NCBI GenBank assembly: GCA_963760395.1
Contig: CAVXCX010000020.1
Span: 87,345-151,344 of the forward strand
Direction: 5' to 3'
Source: an uncultured Gammaproteobacteria bacterium
GTDB taxonomy: Bacteria > Pseudomonadota > Gammaproteobacteria > Steroidobacterales > Woeseiaceae
DNA: 64,000 nt
Below the pieces are notes generated by a model that searched no databases, had not been told where the DNA came from, and was given only the letters and a program-made list of their open reading frames with translations. The stretch's first letter is position 1. Each line of letters opens with the position of its first letter. The translations under genes were made by a program, and so were the position numbers. This document shows, piece after piece, positions 20,162 to 32,100 of the stretch.

Positions 20162-20644
20162 ATGACGATTTCAGCTGGCCAGAAAATGCCGTCGGGAGTG
20201 TTCGGCGTAATGACCGACGCAGGTCCTGGCGCAATGTCCACCGACGAGTTGTTTTCGGGAAAAAAGGTGGTGCTTGTATCGGTGCCTGGCGCATTCACGC
20301 CGACGTGCTCTATGAACCATCTTCCCGGATTCGTCGATCAGGCGGCGGCATTGAAGGGCAAGGGCGTCGATACGATAGCCTGTATGGCGGTCAATGACGT
20401 ATTTGTTATGGATGCCTGGGGCAAAGACCGTGGCGTTGGTGATGATGTTGTCATGCTTGCCGACGGCAATGGGGAATACTCCGGGGCCCTGGGTCTCGAA
20501 ATGGACGCATCCGGTTTTGGCATGGGCATGCGTGGTCAACGTTTCGCGATCATCGTCGATGATGGCGTTGCGACACACGTTGCTGTCGAGGCGCCGGGTC
20601 AGTTTGAAGTCAGCAAGGCAGAAGCTGTTCTGAAAGCCCTGTAA
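20162..20644 (+). CDS. Peroxiredoxin (PRX5-like)
   Basis: 160 aa from ATG 20162 with AGGAG upstream. Active site is PGAFTPTCS. Confidence 0.85.
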   Translation: MTISAGQKMPSGVFGVMTDAGPGAMSTDELFSGKKVVLVSVPGAFTPTCSMNHLPGFVDQAAALKGKGVDTIACMAVNDVFVMDAWGKDRGVGDDVVMLADGNGEYSGALGLEMDASGFGMGMRGQRFAIIVDDGVATHVAVEAPGQFEVSKAEAVLKAL

Positions 20645-20662
20645 CCCGACTGAGGCAGGAAT

Positions 20663-20698
20663 AAAAAAGGAGTGGTCCGGCGTCGGGCCACTCCTTTT
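20663..20698. terminator. Bidirectional hairpin terminator between the peroxiredoxin gene and etfA
   Basis: AAAAAA-GGAGTGGTCC...GGGCCACTCC-TTTT lies between convergent genes. Confidence 0.65.
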
Positions 20699-20720
20699 CC
20701 AATTGTGGTGCTCTATACGC

Positions 20721-21665
20721 TCAGCTTAGTCCGTCGGTTAACTCCGGCACCAGCGAGAACAGGTCGCCGACCAGGCCGATATCGGCAACTTCAAAGATGG
20801 GCGCTTCCTCGTCCTTGTTGATCGCGACGATGGTGCCGGCATCCTTGATTCCCGTAATGTGCTGAATCGCTCCCGAAATTCCGATCGCGATATAGAGATC
20901 GGGAGCGATGATCTGACCCGTCTGTCCTACCTGCGTCTCGGGCGGCACGTAACCTGCGTCAACGGCTGCGCGAGAAGATCCGACCGCAGCACCAAGTTGA
21001 TCGGCGAGTTTGTAAATCAGCTCGAAATTTTCTTTGCTCCCCAAAGCACGACCGCCTGAGACCACCTTCGCCGCACTTTGCAGATCGGGGCGATCCGAAG
21101 CGCCGGTCTGCAATTCTACGAATCGCGTGTGGGTGGGGATGTCTACATCCACGGCAGCACTCTCTATTGCCGCATTGTTACCATTTTCAACGGCTTGGTA
21201 GGAGGCCGTCCTTACCGTTGCGACAACAATACTATCTGCGGGCGCCTCGACGGACACAATTGCGTTGCCGGCATAGATTGGGCGTTTGAAATGGTGACTG
21301 CCGTCCACACTCATGATATCGCTAATCTGATTGACGCCCAGAAGCGCGGCGACGCGCGGCATCAGGTCCTTGCCAAACGCCGTAGAAGGGCCGAAGACGT
21401 GGCTGTAGTCCGCTGCCAGGGCAACAATCTGGGGCGCCAGAATGGCAGCAATCGCGGCATCGTTTTCGGCACGCTCGACGGTCAGCACGCGGCTGACGCC
21501 GGCAAGCGTCGCCGCTTCCGCCGCAACGTCGGCAACCGAAGCGCCAAGCACAGCCAGATCGATCTCCGCGCCCTCAATTTGCGTTGCACACGCCACGGTC
21601 TTGGCCGTGCTCGGATTGAGCGCTGTGCCATTATGCTCAGCAATTACGAGTATCTTTGCCATCAC
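20721..21665 (-). CDS. etfA: Electron transfer flavoprotein alpha subunit
   Basis: 314-aa ORF with YIAIGISGAIQHITG. Confidence 0.92.
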   Translation of the reverse strand: MMAKILVIAEHNGTALNPSTAKTVACATQIEGAEIDLAVLGASVADVAAEAATLAGVSRVLTVERAENDAAIAAILAPQIVALAADYSHVFGPSTAFGKDLMPRVAALLGVNQISDIMSVDGSHHFKRPIYAGNAIVSVEAPADSIVVATVRTASYQAVENGNNAAIESAAVDVDIPTHTRFVELQTGASDRPDLQSAAKVVSGGRALGSKENFELIYKLADQLGAAVGSSRAAVDAGYVPPETQVGQTGQIIAPDLYIAIGISGAIQHITGIKDAGTIVAINKDEEAPIFEVADIGLVGDLFSLVPELTDGLS

Positions 21666-22411
21666 ACCAGTCCTTTATCTTTGAGTGCAGTGATTAGTCC
21701 GGCGACATCTTCCACCATGACACCGCGCTGCCGACCTTCGGGCGGCTTGAATTCGGTTTCCTTGACAGCCGGTGCCGGAGCGACCTCGAGTTCGGCGAGC
21801 GACATCGTATCCAGCGGCTTCTTCTTGGCCTTCATGATGTCAGGCAGCTTGACGTAGCGAGGCTCATTGAGCCTCAAATCTGCGGTTATCACCGCCGGCA
21901 GGTCGACTTCGATCGTCTCAAGGCCGCTATCAACCTCTCGTGTAACTTTAGCGACGCCGCCATCAATACTGACGGCCGATGCAAAAGTGGCTTGCGGTCG
22001 GCCCCAGATAGCTGCAAGCATCTGGCCCGTCTGGCTGTTGTCATCATCGATGGCCTGCTTCCCAAAGATCACGAGGTCAGCGTTCTCGCGATCAATAATG
22101 GCTTTGAATACTCGGGCCACTGTCAGCGCGTCGGTTGAGGACTCCGTCTCAACGAGGATGGCGCGGTCCGCACCCATGGCCAGTCCCGTGCGAAGTTGCT
22201 GCTGTGCTTCAGACGGGCCGATAGACACAACAATGACCTCTGTAGCCTCACCGCGTTCTTTAATTCGAAGCGCCTCTTCGAGGGCAATTTCGTCGAACGG
22301 GTTGATGCTCATCTTGACGCCGTCCGTCTCGACACCACTACCGTCGCTCTTGACCTGCACCCGAACGTTGTAGTCCACCACTCGTTTCAGGCCGACAACT
22401 ATCTTCTCCAC
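21662..22411 (-). CDS. etfB: Electron transfer flavoprotein beta subunit
   Basis: 249-aa ORF with VKRVVDYNVRV. It has a 4-nt overlap with etfA. Confidence 0.92.
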   Translation of the reverse strand: MEKIVVGLKRVVDYNVRVQVKSDGSGVETDGVKMSINPFDEIALEEALRIKERGEATEVIVVSIGPSEAQQQLRTGLAMGADRAILVETESSTDALTVARVFKAIIDRENADLVIFGKQAIDDDNSQTGQMLAAIWGRPQATFASAVSIDGGVAKVTREVDSGLETIEVDLPAVITADLRLNEPRYVKLPDIMKAKKKPLDTMSLAELEVAPAPAVKETEFKPPEGRQRGVMVEDVAGLITALKDKGLV

Positions 22412-22527
22412 TTTTTCGACTCCCTGTTTGCCAGTGTGGCTGCCGCAGGCGGCGCCTGCGACAGGCTATTGTCTACGACGGTTCCGCGGTGTACAAGATG
22501 AAACGCAGTAATACTCAAGGCCGTGAA

Positions 22528-23418
22528 ATGACGCTCCATCGCAATCTGATTAGCGCAAAAGACCTCGAGTCGTGTCTGGACGGTCCCGACATTCGCATCG
22601 TCGACTGTCGTTTTGATCTTGCGGACCCGCTGGCCGGCAGACGAGCGTACGAGCAGGCACATATTCGAGGCGCTGTGTTTGCGGATCTTGATCGGGATCT
22701 GGCCGCTCCCATTGGTTCCGGCACGGGTCGACATCCGCTGCCGGATGTCGTGCAATTGTCTGAGACGCTTGGCCGCTTGGGTATTGGTAACAATACCGAC
22801 GTTATCGTCTACGACGCAGGTCCGGGTGCTCTGGCCGCTCGCGCCTGGTGGTTATTGCGTTGGGTGGGTCATGAAAGGGTGCGGCTGCTGGACGGCGGCT
22901 TGCAGCAGTGGGTCGCCGATGCACGTCCAATCAGTGCGGGCGAGGAGCATGCTGCGCCATCGACGTTCCTGCCGCGTCCAAACAACGAAATGATCGTCAC
23001 GACAGCAGAGCTCGCCCGCGACGTCGAGGGAATCAAAGCACTGAATCTGATTGATGCGCGTGATGCCGCTCGTTTTCGCGGGGAGCTCGAGCCGATTGAC
23101 CCAGTCGCCGGCCACATTCCGGGATCGATCAACTTGCCCTATACGCTAAGCCTTAACGAAGACGGCCTCTGGCGGAGCCGGGAAGAACTCGCGTCATTGT
23201 GGACCGGAGTACTGGGTGGCGATGCCCGAACGCCCTGGATAGCAATGTGTGGATCCGGCGTCACGGCTTGCCATCTGGCAATTTCCGCGATGGAAGCGGG
23301 CTTCCGGGAGCCGCGCCTGTACGTTGGCTCCTGGAGCGAGTGGATTCGAAATCCGGAGCGGCCGATAGGCCTCGGGGATGCCCTAAACAGGGCCTCTCAG
23401 GGCGCGGATTTGGCGTAA
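22528..23418 (+). CDS. sseA: Two-domain rhodanese sulfurtransferase (3-mercaptopyruvate/thiosulfate sulfurtransferase type)
   Basis: The ORF-track entry is 22489..23418. ATG 22528 (MTLHRNLISAKDLE) fits family N-termini better. The active-site loop is CGSGVTAC. Confidence 0.8.
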   Translation: MTLHRNLISAKDLESCLDGPDIRIVDCRFDLADPLAGRRAYEQAHIRGAVFADLDRDLAAPIGSGTGRHPLPDVVQLSETLGRLGIGNNTDVIVYDAGPGALAARAWWLLRWVGHERVRLLDGGLQQWVADARPISAGEEHAAPSTFLPRPNNEMIVTTAELARDVEGIKALNLIDARDAARFRGELEPIDPVAGHIPGSINLPYTLSLNEDGLWRSREELASLWTGVLGGDARTPWIAMCGSGVTACHLAISAMEAGFREPRLYVGSWSEWIRNPERPIGLGDALNRASQGADLA

Positions 23419-23472
23419 ACTTAATCCCGGATAGCTGTCTAATTCGAAGGCGGGCGGCGAAATTACCTGGAA

Positions 23473-23997
23473 ATGGATATTACTGTGATGCGTCACTTTG
23501 AAGAAAATAAAACGCTTATTAAACATATACTTATTCTCTTTACTTTAAGTGGATTAGTCGCTTGTGCCGGCACTCGGAGCGAGAAAGAGGGGGCAGATTC
23601 GGCCCGCTCGGATTGCATCTATCAGCCAAGTATCCGAGGATACACCGTCCTTGATGAGTCGAATCTCATTGTGTCCGCCTCGGCACGCCGTCAGTACCAC
23701 ATGGCCCTTCAAAGAAGGGCGTTCGGACTCCGGTCGACCTGGTCAATAGGCTTCAAATCACCGACTGGCAGGATTTGCTCGGGATTCAGTGAGGTCATCT
23801 TTGACGGTCAATTTGACGGCGAGTCGATACGTATAGCGTCGATCAGGGAACTGAGTAAGGAAGAGGAAGAAGATCTCCTGATTCGCTACGGCAAGAAGGA
23901 GCCAGAATACGAACAAACACCGTCGCCTCAAGATGTAAAAGGCGCCGATGTAGAAGAGCTGGACACAGCCGCTGACGATAATTCGTCGGTCGACTGA
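23473..23997 (+). CDS. Putative lipoprotein of unknown function with an acidic C-terminal tail
   Basis: 174-aa ORF with lipobox LSGLVAC. No recognised catalytic motif. The start could instead be the second Met at 23488. Confidence 0.55.
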   Translation: MDITVMRHFEENKTLIKHILILFTLSGLVACAGTRSEKEGADSARSDCIYQPSIRGYTVLDESNLIVSASARRQYHMALQRRAFGLRSTWSIGFKSPTGRICSGFSEVIFDGQFDGESIRIASIRELSKEEEEDLLIRYGKKEPEYEQTPSPQDVKGADVEELDTAADDNSSVD

Positions 23998-24029
23998 GTC
24001 ACGCAATCCGCAATCTCCGTGCGGACCCG

Positions 24030-24062
24030 CCCGGCCAACCGCAAGGTTGGCCGGGTTTTTTT
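24030..24062 (+). terminator. Rho-independent terminator
   Basis: CCCGGCCAACC-GCAA-GGTTGGCCGGG followed by T7. Confidence 0.8.
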
Positions 24063-24094
24063 GAAGCGAATATTGTCAGGAGTCTCTTAATTCC

Positions 24095-25306
24095 ATGAGT
24101 GCGCCCCTCACGAATGTCCGGGTACTCGACATGAGCCGCATACTCGCCGGGCCTTGGGCAGGACAGTTACTTGGCGACTACGGTGCCGATGTGGTCAAGA
24201 TCGAGCGGCCTGGTTGCGGCGACGATACGCGACAATGGGGCCCACCGTGGCTGGATGGTGATAGTGCGGGAGAGTCTGCCTACTTCCTGTCCGCGAATCG
24301 CAACAAGCGATCGGTCACCGTGGATATCGCCAAGCCGGAAGGTCAGCAGGTAATTCGGGATCTGGTGGCTCAGGCCGATGTACTGCTGGAGAATTTCAAG
24401 GTTGGAACGCTGTCGCGCTATGGCCTGGGTGCCGAGGACATGCTCGCGCTCAACCCGCAGCTGATCTACTGCTCAATATCGGCGTTCGGACAAAGCGGCT
24501 CCAAGGCGGGCGAGCCGGGATACGACGCGATGATCCAGGCGTCGGCCGGATTGATGAGTATCACCGGGCCCGCGGCAGATGAGAACGGTGGCCCACAGAA
24601 AGTTGGCGTGGCTGTCGCCGATATTATGGCCGGCATGTACGCGACTACGGCGGTTCTGGCGGCATTGAATGCACGTGCGCAGAGCGGCGCCGGACAACAC
24701 ATCGATGTGCCGCTCTATGATAGCCAGGTTGCCTGGCTCGCCAATCAGTCGATGAACTTTCTGGTGGGTGGGGTCGTGCCGGAGCGCATGGGAACCGCCC
24801 ATCCAAATCTTGTTCCGTATCAGGCTTTCGCGAGCCGTGATGGCAGCCTGATGCTGGCGGTGGGCAACGACAAACAGTTCGCTGCGTGCGCTGAATGTGT
24901 GGGCTTGCCCGAACTGGCGGCCGACGACCGTTTCCAACACAACAGCAACCGTATCGCGAACCGCGTGGAACTGGTCGAATTGCTGGCGCGCTGTTTCAAG
25001 ACGAAGACCACGAATGAATGGCTCGCAAGCTTCGCGGAAAAGGGTATCCCGGCCGGGCCAATAAACGATTTGCAGCAGGTACTGACCGGGGAGCATGCCG
25101 AAGAGCGGCAGCTGGTAAGACATCTTTCCAACACACGTGGGCAGAGCGTACCTGTCGTTTCCAACCCGGTTGACTTCAGCAGCACGCCTGTCAAATACCA
25201 GTACGCGCCGCCGCTGTTGGGAGAACACACGGATGAGGTTTTGCGTGAGTGGTTGGGGTACTCTGAGAAATTAATCGCCGAACTTCATAGAAGCGCGGCC
25301 GTGTGA
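24095..25306 (+). CDS. Family III CoA-transferase (CaiB/BaiF type)
   Basis: 403-aa ORF with RVLDMSRILAGPWAGQLLGDYGADVVKIE. Confidence 0.88.
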   Translation: MSAPLTNVRVLDMSRILAGPWAGQLLGDYGADVVKIERPGCGDDTRQWGPPWLDGDSAGESAYFLSANRNKRSVTVDIAKPEGQQVIRDLVAQADVLLENFKVGTLSRYGLGAEDMLALNPQLIYCSISAFGQSGSKAGEPGYDAMIQASAGLMSITGPAADENGGPQKVGVAVADIMAGMYATTAVLAALNARAQSGAGQHIDVPLYDSQVAWLANQSMNFLVGGVVPERMGTAHPNLVPYQAFASRDGSLMLAVGNDKQFAACAECVGLPELAADDRFQHNSNRIANRVELVELLARCFKTKTTNEWLASFAEKGIPAGPINDLQQVLTGEHAEERQLVRHLSNTRGQSVPVVSNPVDFSSTPVKYQYAPPLLGEHTDEVLREWLGYSEKLIAELHRSAAV

Positions 25307-25331
25307 ATTATAGAAAACCAACTGATACCTG

Positions 25332-26546
25332 ATGGAAGCACCTATCCGTACGAGTGACACGCTCAAGGACGTCCGCTATGAAATCCGGGGCCAGCTTGCG
25401 AATCACGCACTGGAACTGGAGAAACGCGGTTACGAAATAATATCCCTGAATATCGGTAATCCGGGCTTGTTCGGCTTTCGGACGCCTGAAACGATGCGTC
25501 TTGCCATGATCGAGAACCTCGGTCAGGCCGAGCCGTATTGTCATCAGAAGGGCATATTCCCCGCGCGCGAAGCAATCGTCATGCAGCAGCAGAGTCGCGG
25601 CGTCATGGACGTCAGCGCCGACGAGGTTTTTATCGGCAATGGCGTCAGTGAGCTGATCGACCTTTCCTTGCGCGCATTGTTGAATCCGGGCGACGAGGTG
25701 CTTGTCCCCAGCCCTGACTACCCGCTCTGGAGTGCCGCCGTTGCACTCAATGGTGGCGTGGTCAGGCACTACGCGTGTGAGCCGGATAATCGATTCATTC
25801 CGGACCTGGCCGATATCGAAAGACAAATCAGTAAGAAAACCAAAGCCATCGTAGTAATCAACCCGAATAATCCAAGCGGCGCTGTTTACGGCAAGGAGAC
25901 TCTGAGCGGACTCGTAGGGTTGGCCGAACGACACGGCCTGGTGATTATGGCGGATGAGATATACGACCAGATGGTCTACGACGATGCGCAGTTCATACCG
26001 ATGGCCACACTCGTCGATACTGCGGTCTGCCTGACGTATTCTGGACTCTCGAAGGTTTATCGTGCCTGCGGTTACAGAGTCGGCTGGTGCGTGTTCAGCG
26101 GTGATCTCGAACGAGCAGCTGATTACATCCACGGTATGGAGTTGCTGTCGGCCTTGCGCCTTTGCAGTAACGTGCCCGGCCAATGGGCCGTACAGACCGC
26201 GCTGGGTGGCTTCCAGAGCATTGTCGACCTGGTGCAGCCGGGAGGGCGACTCTATCAATCGAGGCAAGCGGTCATCGATCGCGTTGCCGCCAGCAAATTC
26301 CTCACCGCGCAGTCGCCGATGGGTGCCATGTATGCGTTTGTCCGGCTGGATAAGCGTTTCGCCGGACAATTGGATGACCAGGCATTTGCACTGGATTTGC
26401 TGGAAAACCACCACGTTCTGGTCGCGCCAGGCAGTAGTTTCAATACTCCGTATTCGGACCACTTCAGAATCACAACCCTGCCGGACCCGGAGACGATCAA
26501 CGTAGTCTTTGATCGTATTGAGTCCTGCCTGGAGCAACACGCCTGA
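25332..26546 (+). CDS. Class I/II PLP aminotransferase (AlaA/YfbQ-like)
   Basis: 404-aa ORF with INPNNPSGAVY and a SGLSKVYRACGYRVGW lysine context. Confidence 0.88.
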   Translation: MEAPIRTSDTLKDVRYEIRGQLANHALELEKRGYEIISLNIGNPGLFGFRTPETMRLAMIENLGQAEPYCHQKGIFPAREAIVMQQQSRGVMDVSADEVFIGNGVSELIDLSLRALLNPGDEVLVPSPDYPLWSAAVALNGGVVRHYACEPDNRFIPDLADIERQISKKTKAIVVINPNNPSGAVYGKETLSGLVGLAERHGLVIMADEIYDQMVYDDAQFIPMATLVDTAVCLTYSGLSKVYRACGYRVGWCVFSGDLERAADYIHGMELLSALRLCSNVPGQWAVQTALGGFQSIVDLVQPGGRLYQSRQAVIDRVAASKFLTAQSPMGAMYAFVRLDKRFAGQLDDQAFALDLLENHHVLVAPGSSFNTPYSDHFRITTLPDPETINVVFDRIESCLEQHA

Positions 26547-26549
26547 CCG

Positions 26550-29139
26550 ATGTACCAGTGGCTGCCGGATGCGTTGCAGGGACCTTCGACCGTAATCACT
26601 GCGAATCGTCGACTCGCACGCATTTTGCAGGGCGAATTTGCCCGACAGCAGGTGCGGCGGGGCATCGCCGCCTGGGAAAGTCCGGCAATCTATTCCTGGC
26701 ACGACTGGCTCACGAGAACCTTACAGAGTGTGCCTTCCCAGCAGGAACTACCGACTCGATTGAACGCGCAACAAAGTCAGCTCCTGTGGGAGCGCTGCCT
26801 TGTCAAAGAGATCGGAGAACCGCTGTCAGGTACGGCGAACCTGGTGCGGCTCGCGCGCGACGCCTGGCAGCGCATGGCCGACTGGCAGGTGTCCATCCGG
26901 GAGGTCGCTCGGGCGTCCCAGAGTGACGACCAGCGGTTGTTTGCGGCCATCGCGGGACGTTATCTGGGCATTCTGGAGCGCGAGCACTGGGTGGACGATG
27001 CGGGGCTCGGCGCGCTGGTGGATGGTCTGCTCAGGTCACGGCGCGCAGTCGTCGAGGGGCGCGTAACCTTCGTTGGATTCGATCGCGAACGTCCCCTGGT
27101 TCGCTCGATTAAAGAGGCCCTTTTGGCGAGTGGTTGTGAGGTTTGCTCGGCGCCCACTCGGGAGATTGCACACCCGGTTGGATTGCACTGTTTTGACACG
27201 GTCGAGATGGAAATGCGGGCCGCCGGCGCATGGGCGCGGGCGCGGCTTGAGGAGGCTCCGGGTCAGTCGATCGCAATCATAGCCGGCAACCTTGAGCAAA
27301 GCGCAGAACGTATGACGCACCTCGTGCGTGAGGGGCTGGTGCCGGGCTGGCAGTACGGGTCCGCTTCGGTTGCTGCAGGCGTGAACGTCTCCTATGGCCG
27401 CAAGCTCATCGAGTTTCCGGCGATCTCGATAGCGTTGTTATGGCTCACATGGCTCGTTCGGGATCTTTCCACTACCGAGATAGGCCATCTGCTCCGTACA
27501 CCACTACTTGCGGACGGCTCGCTGGGTGCACGCAGTCGACTTGAGCTCAGGCTGCGAAAGATGCCCGATCGGGACTGGTCTCCGACAATGATTTCTTCGG
27601 CACTGAGGGGACTGGAGAGCGGCAGTGGCGATATTGAATGGCTCAGCCGAGTTGCCGAGCTAACGAAGTCCAGGCGAGAACTAAAGCGGCGCGCATCGCC
27701 TGCGCAATGGGCGGTCTACATAGACGCCGTACTTTCGGCCTGCGGCTGGCCGGGGACCGGTAGCCTTTCGAGTTTCGACTTTCAGCTCATAAATCGCTGG
27801 CGTGATGCCCTGAACGACCTCGCACGACTGGACCTCGTCAGCCCAACCATGGACCTCAAAGGGGCCATTCGGCGTCTTGAGCAAATCGCAGCCGAGGCCA
27901 TATTCCAGCCTGAATCAGACCCGGGTGCGGTGCAGCTAATGGGCCCCCTGGAAGCTTCTGGCGCGGAATTCGACGCGGTCTGGATCAGCGGTCTCTCCGC
28001 GGCGAGTTGGCCACCGTCGGGTAATCCGTCACCGTTGTTGTCGCGGCAGTTGCAGCGTCAGAAGGGCATGCCGGATGCAGACCCGGCCGATACTGTCGAC
28101 TACGCGCAAAGATTATTGTGCATGCTTGGCAGCTCGGCAGAGCATGTCTTATGTAGCTACGCCCTGCATGAAGACGATACGGAGCAGGCACCCAGCGGAC
28201 TTCTTGCGGCGCTGGACGCACAGTCGACAACCGCAGAGGTGGACCCGGGCTGGCATGCTGCGCATCTGGCAAACGAAATGCGCACCGTAAGGGTCGCGGA
28301 ATGCGCGCCACAAATACACGAGAGTGAACAGATTTCGGGCGGCGCCGGCGCGCTACAGCGTCAGCTCAACGATCCAATATCCGCATTCATCGTAGCGCGT
28401 CTCGGCGTGGCGTACCTGCCACCACAGGCAATCGGGCTGCCGGCGCCACTGCGTGGCAACATTATTCATGACGCCTTGCACCAGTTGTACATCGATACGC
28501 CAAGCCAGCAAGAGATTGGCTCGTGGACAGGAAAACCAGTTGCAGATGCGTATCGATAGCGCGGTCAACGCTGCGTTTAGCCGCCATGAACGTAATACCG
28601 ACGACGTGCTTAACCAACTACTCAGATTGGAGCGTGTGCGCGTTGCCGGTCTCCTCAGGCAGTTTGTCACGATGGATGTGAGTCGCGAGGACTTCAACAT
28701 CGCTGCCGTCGAACACCCGATTTCGTTCCAGGAGGCTTCAGTACGCCTGCAGCTGCGAATAGATCGTCTTGACCGTCGCAGCGACGATACGGTCGTGATT
28801 CTCGATTACAAAACGGGCGCGAGAAAGACGCTTCTTGGCAGTGACGGACGGCCCAAAGAAATTCAGCTGATTGTGTATGCGATGGCACTGAAAGCGGCGA
28901 TCTCGGCGGTTGCACTGGTCAATATCGACTCACGTGAAATGGGATTCACTGGTGCCGGTGAAGGCTACACAGATGCCACGACATGGGAGGTGTCGCTGGA
29001 TCAATGGAAGTTACTCGTGCGCGGGGCCTGCCGCGACTTGAGCGACGGGGACGTACGCATCAATGTGCTGCAAGGTCCCAAGGAAGCGCGTCCATTCAAC
29101 TTGTTGAGCCGCTATACGGAATTGTTGCGTGTCGAATAA
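26550..29139 (+). pseudogene. AddB-like PD-(D/E)XK nuclease family DNA-repair protein, read in two frames (frame change near 28520-28540)
   Basis: The 26550..28559 ORF and the 28453..29139 ORF are contiguous in sense (...SQQEIGSW / ENQLQMRIDSAV...). The C-terminal part carries the RecB-type nuclease motif IDRLD...VVILDYKTG. It overlaps the downstream helicase gene by 11 nt. Confidence 0.65.
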
Positions 29140-32100
29140 CAGTGATCTGATCAAGGCGGATGAGCAAGCGCGACTGGACTCGCTGGACCTTTCACGGTCT
29201 TTCATTGTGCAGGCACCGGCAGGCTCCGGCAAAACCGAATTGCTGATCCAGCGTTACCTGAAGCTCCTGTCCGTCGTTGACCATCCCGAAGAAATCATTG
29301 CGATCACCTTCACTCGTAAAGCTGCCGCCGAGATGCAGTTTCGTGTATTGAACGCGCTGAAGATGGCGTGTCAGGGAGAACAGCCCGCTGAGGCGCATCG
29401 ACAAATAACACTGTCGCTGGCGCAGGCCGTGTTGAAAAGAGACGCTGACAAACACTGGCAGCTTATTGCGAATCCCCGTCGTCTGCGCATTCAGACTCTG
29501 GACTCACTTAACGCCCTGGTAGCTCGTCTGCGCCCCATCAGTTCGCCGGAGAGTGCCAGTGGCGTTCGTATCGCAGTCGATGCCGAAATAAAAGGCCTTT
29601 ATCGAGCATCGGCGTTGGCAACCCTTGACTGGTTGTCCGAAGCGGGCGAAATGCAGGAGGCGACGCGTGAGGTCCTGGTGCACGTCGACAACAACACCTG
29701 GCTCTACGTTTCGTACCTGGCACAAATGCTGGCAACCCGGGATCAATGGTTACCGTTTGTCGGTAGTGGCCTGCTGGCAGATGACGAATCTGCGGCGCTG
29801 CGCGCATCATTCGAAGAAAACCTCGAGCGTGCAGTTACGGACCATTTGCAGAAAACGGCCGCGGCATTTTCGCCGGAGCTGGCATCTCAACTGGCGTCTT
29901 TGCAATGCTATGCGGCGAGCACACTTCTCGAAAACGGACAAGAGTCCCACCCAATTGCCGCGCTGCATGGAGTCACAGATCTGCCGGCGGCAGAAGTGAG
30001 TGCGATGGCGCAGTGGCTCGGTCTTGGCGAACTGCTGTTAACCAAGACCGGTGACTTTCGGAAGAAGGTCGACAAGCGCCAGGGATTTCCACCGGGCGAC
30101 AAGGGACAGAAAGCGACACTGCATGATTTGTTGGCGCAGCTGATCGAGGAGCGGGGCCTCGGTGATCTGTTGCACGGCGTTCGGGCGTTGCCCCCCGTTC
30201 GTTACAGCGACGAGCAATGGCATGTGCTACGAGCGCTTTTCCGATTATTGCCGTTAGCAGTTACGGAGTTGAAGCGGCTGTTCGCGCAACAAGGCGTTGC
30301 CGACCATATCGAGATCGCGCTCACTGCGGCAGCGGCATTGGGCACAGCGGAGGATCCTGGCGATGTTGCGTTACTGCTGGATTACCAGGTCCGGCACCTT
30401 CTTGTTGACGAGATGCAGGATACGTCCAGCGCCCAATACCGCATGCTCGAAGCCCTGACCGGCGGCTGGGAGCCGGGCGATGGCCGCACGCTTTACTGTG
30501 TTGGAGACCCAATGCAGTCAATTTATCGATTTCGGAATGCCGAAGTGGGGCAGTTCCTGCTGGCGCGACAGCACGGCATAGGCAGTGTAAAGCTCGACTC
30601 ACTGTTGCTGCGAAGGAACTTTCGTTCCGGACAGTTTCTCGTGGACTGGTTCAATACCGTCTTTCCAGAGATTCTCGCCGCTGATGATGAGCCTTTAAGT
30701 GGTGCTGTTGCCTATTCCGAGGCAGTAAGCGTGCCGCAACTGGCTGGAATCGGAGATTGCTGCGTGCACCCGGTTTTCGACAGTCGCAGCGAGCATGAGG
30801 CGGCTCTCGGCTGCAATGTGATTGCGGGAATACTGGCTGACCACCCCGAAGACGAGGTCGTGGTACTTGTGCGAGGCCGAACGCAATTACCCGATCTGCT
30901 GTCAGCGTTACGCGAGGCCGGTATCGACTACCAGGCTATAGAAATCGATCGCCTGACAGATTTGCCCGAAATCATCGAGGTTCTTGCGCTTACCCGTGCC
31001 GCTACGCATCAGGGCGACCGGCTGGCCTGGCTCGCATTGCTGCGGGCGCCCTGGATAGGTCTTGACTGGACCGACCTGCATACGTTGGTGATGAACGACA
31101 CGAAAAGCACCGTCTGGGAATTGCTTCAGGACACGGATCGGATTGACGCGCTGAGCGCTTCCGGCAGGGCGTCGATCGATGCGGCGCGCGAGGTGCTGTC
31201 CGGTCTCGTGGCGCCGCGACGATTTCAAAGCCTGAGAGAACTGGTGGAAGCAAGCTGGATTCGGCTCGGTGGTCCCGCCATTCTCAACGACGAGTACGCT
31301 GTAGCCAACGTCTATCGTTATCTTGAGGTACTCGACAAGCACGAGCGTTGTGGTTCACTGGACGATGTCGCCGAGCTTGAGTCGATGCTCGATCAGGAGC
31401 GTGTATCCAGCGACATTAAAGCTCGCCTGCAAATCATGACCATGCACCGGGCGAAGGGGCTGGAGTTCGAACACGTCGTTTTGTTCGGCCTGGGGCGCCT
31501 GCCGGGCAGCGGCGATCATCGCGTATTGTCCTGGTTCGACGTGCCCGATGAGCATGGCAGCACGAGAAAGGTCATCAGCCCGGTCGGGCCGCGAAACGAG
31601 CTTACCCGCGACCCCGTGCATCGCTTTATCCAACTCAGTGAAACCGCGAAAGATCGTCACGAACAGGCACGTTTGCTGTACGTGGCATGTACACGGGCCC
31701 GCAAGACACTGCACCTGGTTGGACACACATCGATCACGAACGACGGCGATGCGTTCAAGCCGCCGGCAAAACGCAGCTTGTTGAACATGTTGTGGTCGGC
31801 GCTCGAGCCGCAGTTTGCGCAGGCGTTTTCTTCAGAGAGCCAGGTAGAAGCGGCGGAAAGTGAGCTATGGATGCAGCCGCTTTTACGTCGCTTCGAGACA
31901 GGCTGGACACTGCCACCGGTGTCGGGTGTGCCCGGCTGCAGTGTGGCAGAGGACGGCGTCGGGAAGGATGAAGAAGTCGAATTCTATTGGGTGGGTACGG
32001 ACGCGCGCCTGGCCGGTACTATCGTACATCGCTGGCTGCATGCCTTCAGCGAAGGTCGCGCGGCGCCGGACACCGCACTACTTGAACAATATCGTCCAAT

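Noticed and set aside
25308-26702. 464-aa ORF on the minus strand, the longest unexplained ORF in the track
   Set aside because: It lies entirely antisense to the well-supported aminotransferase gene (25332..26546). Its translation is Arg/Gln/His-rich with no recognisable motif. This is a typical shadow ORF of GC-rich coding DNA.
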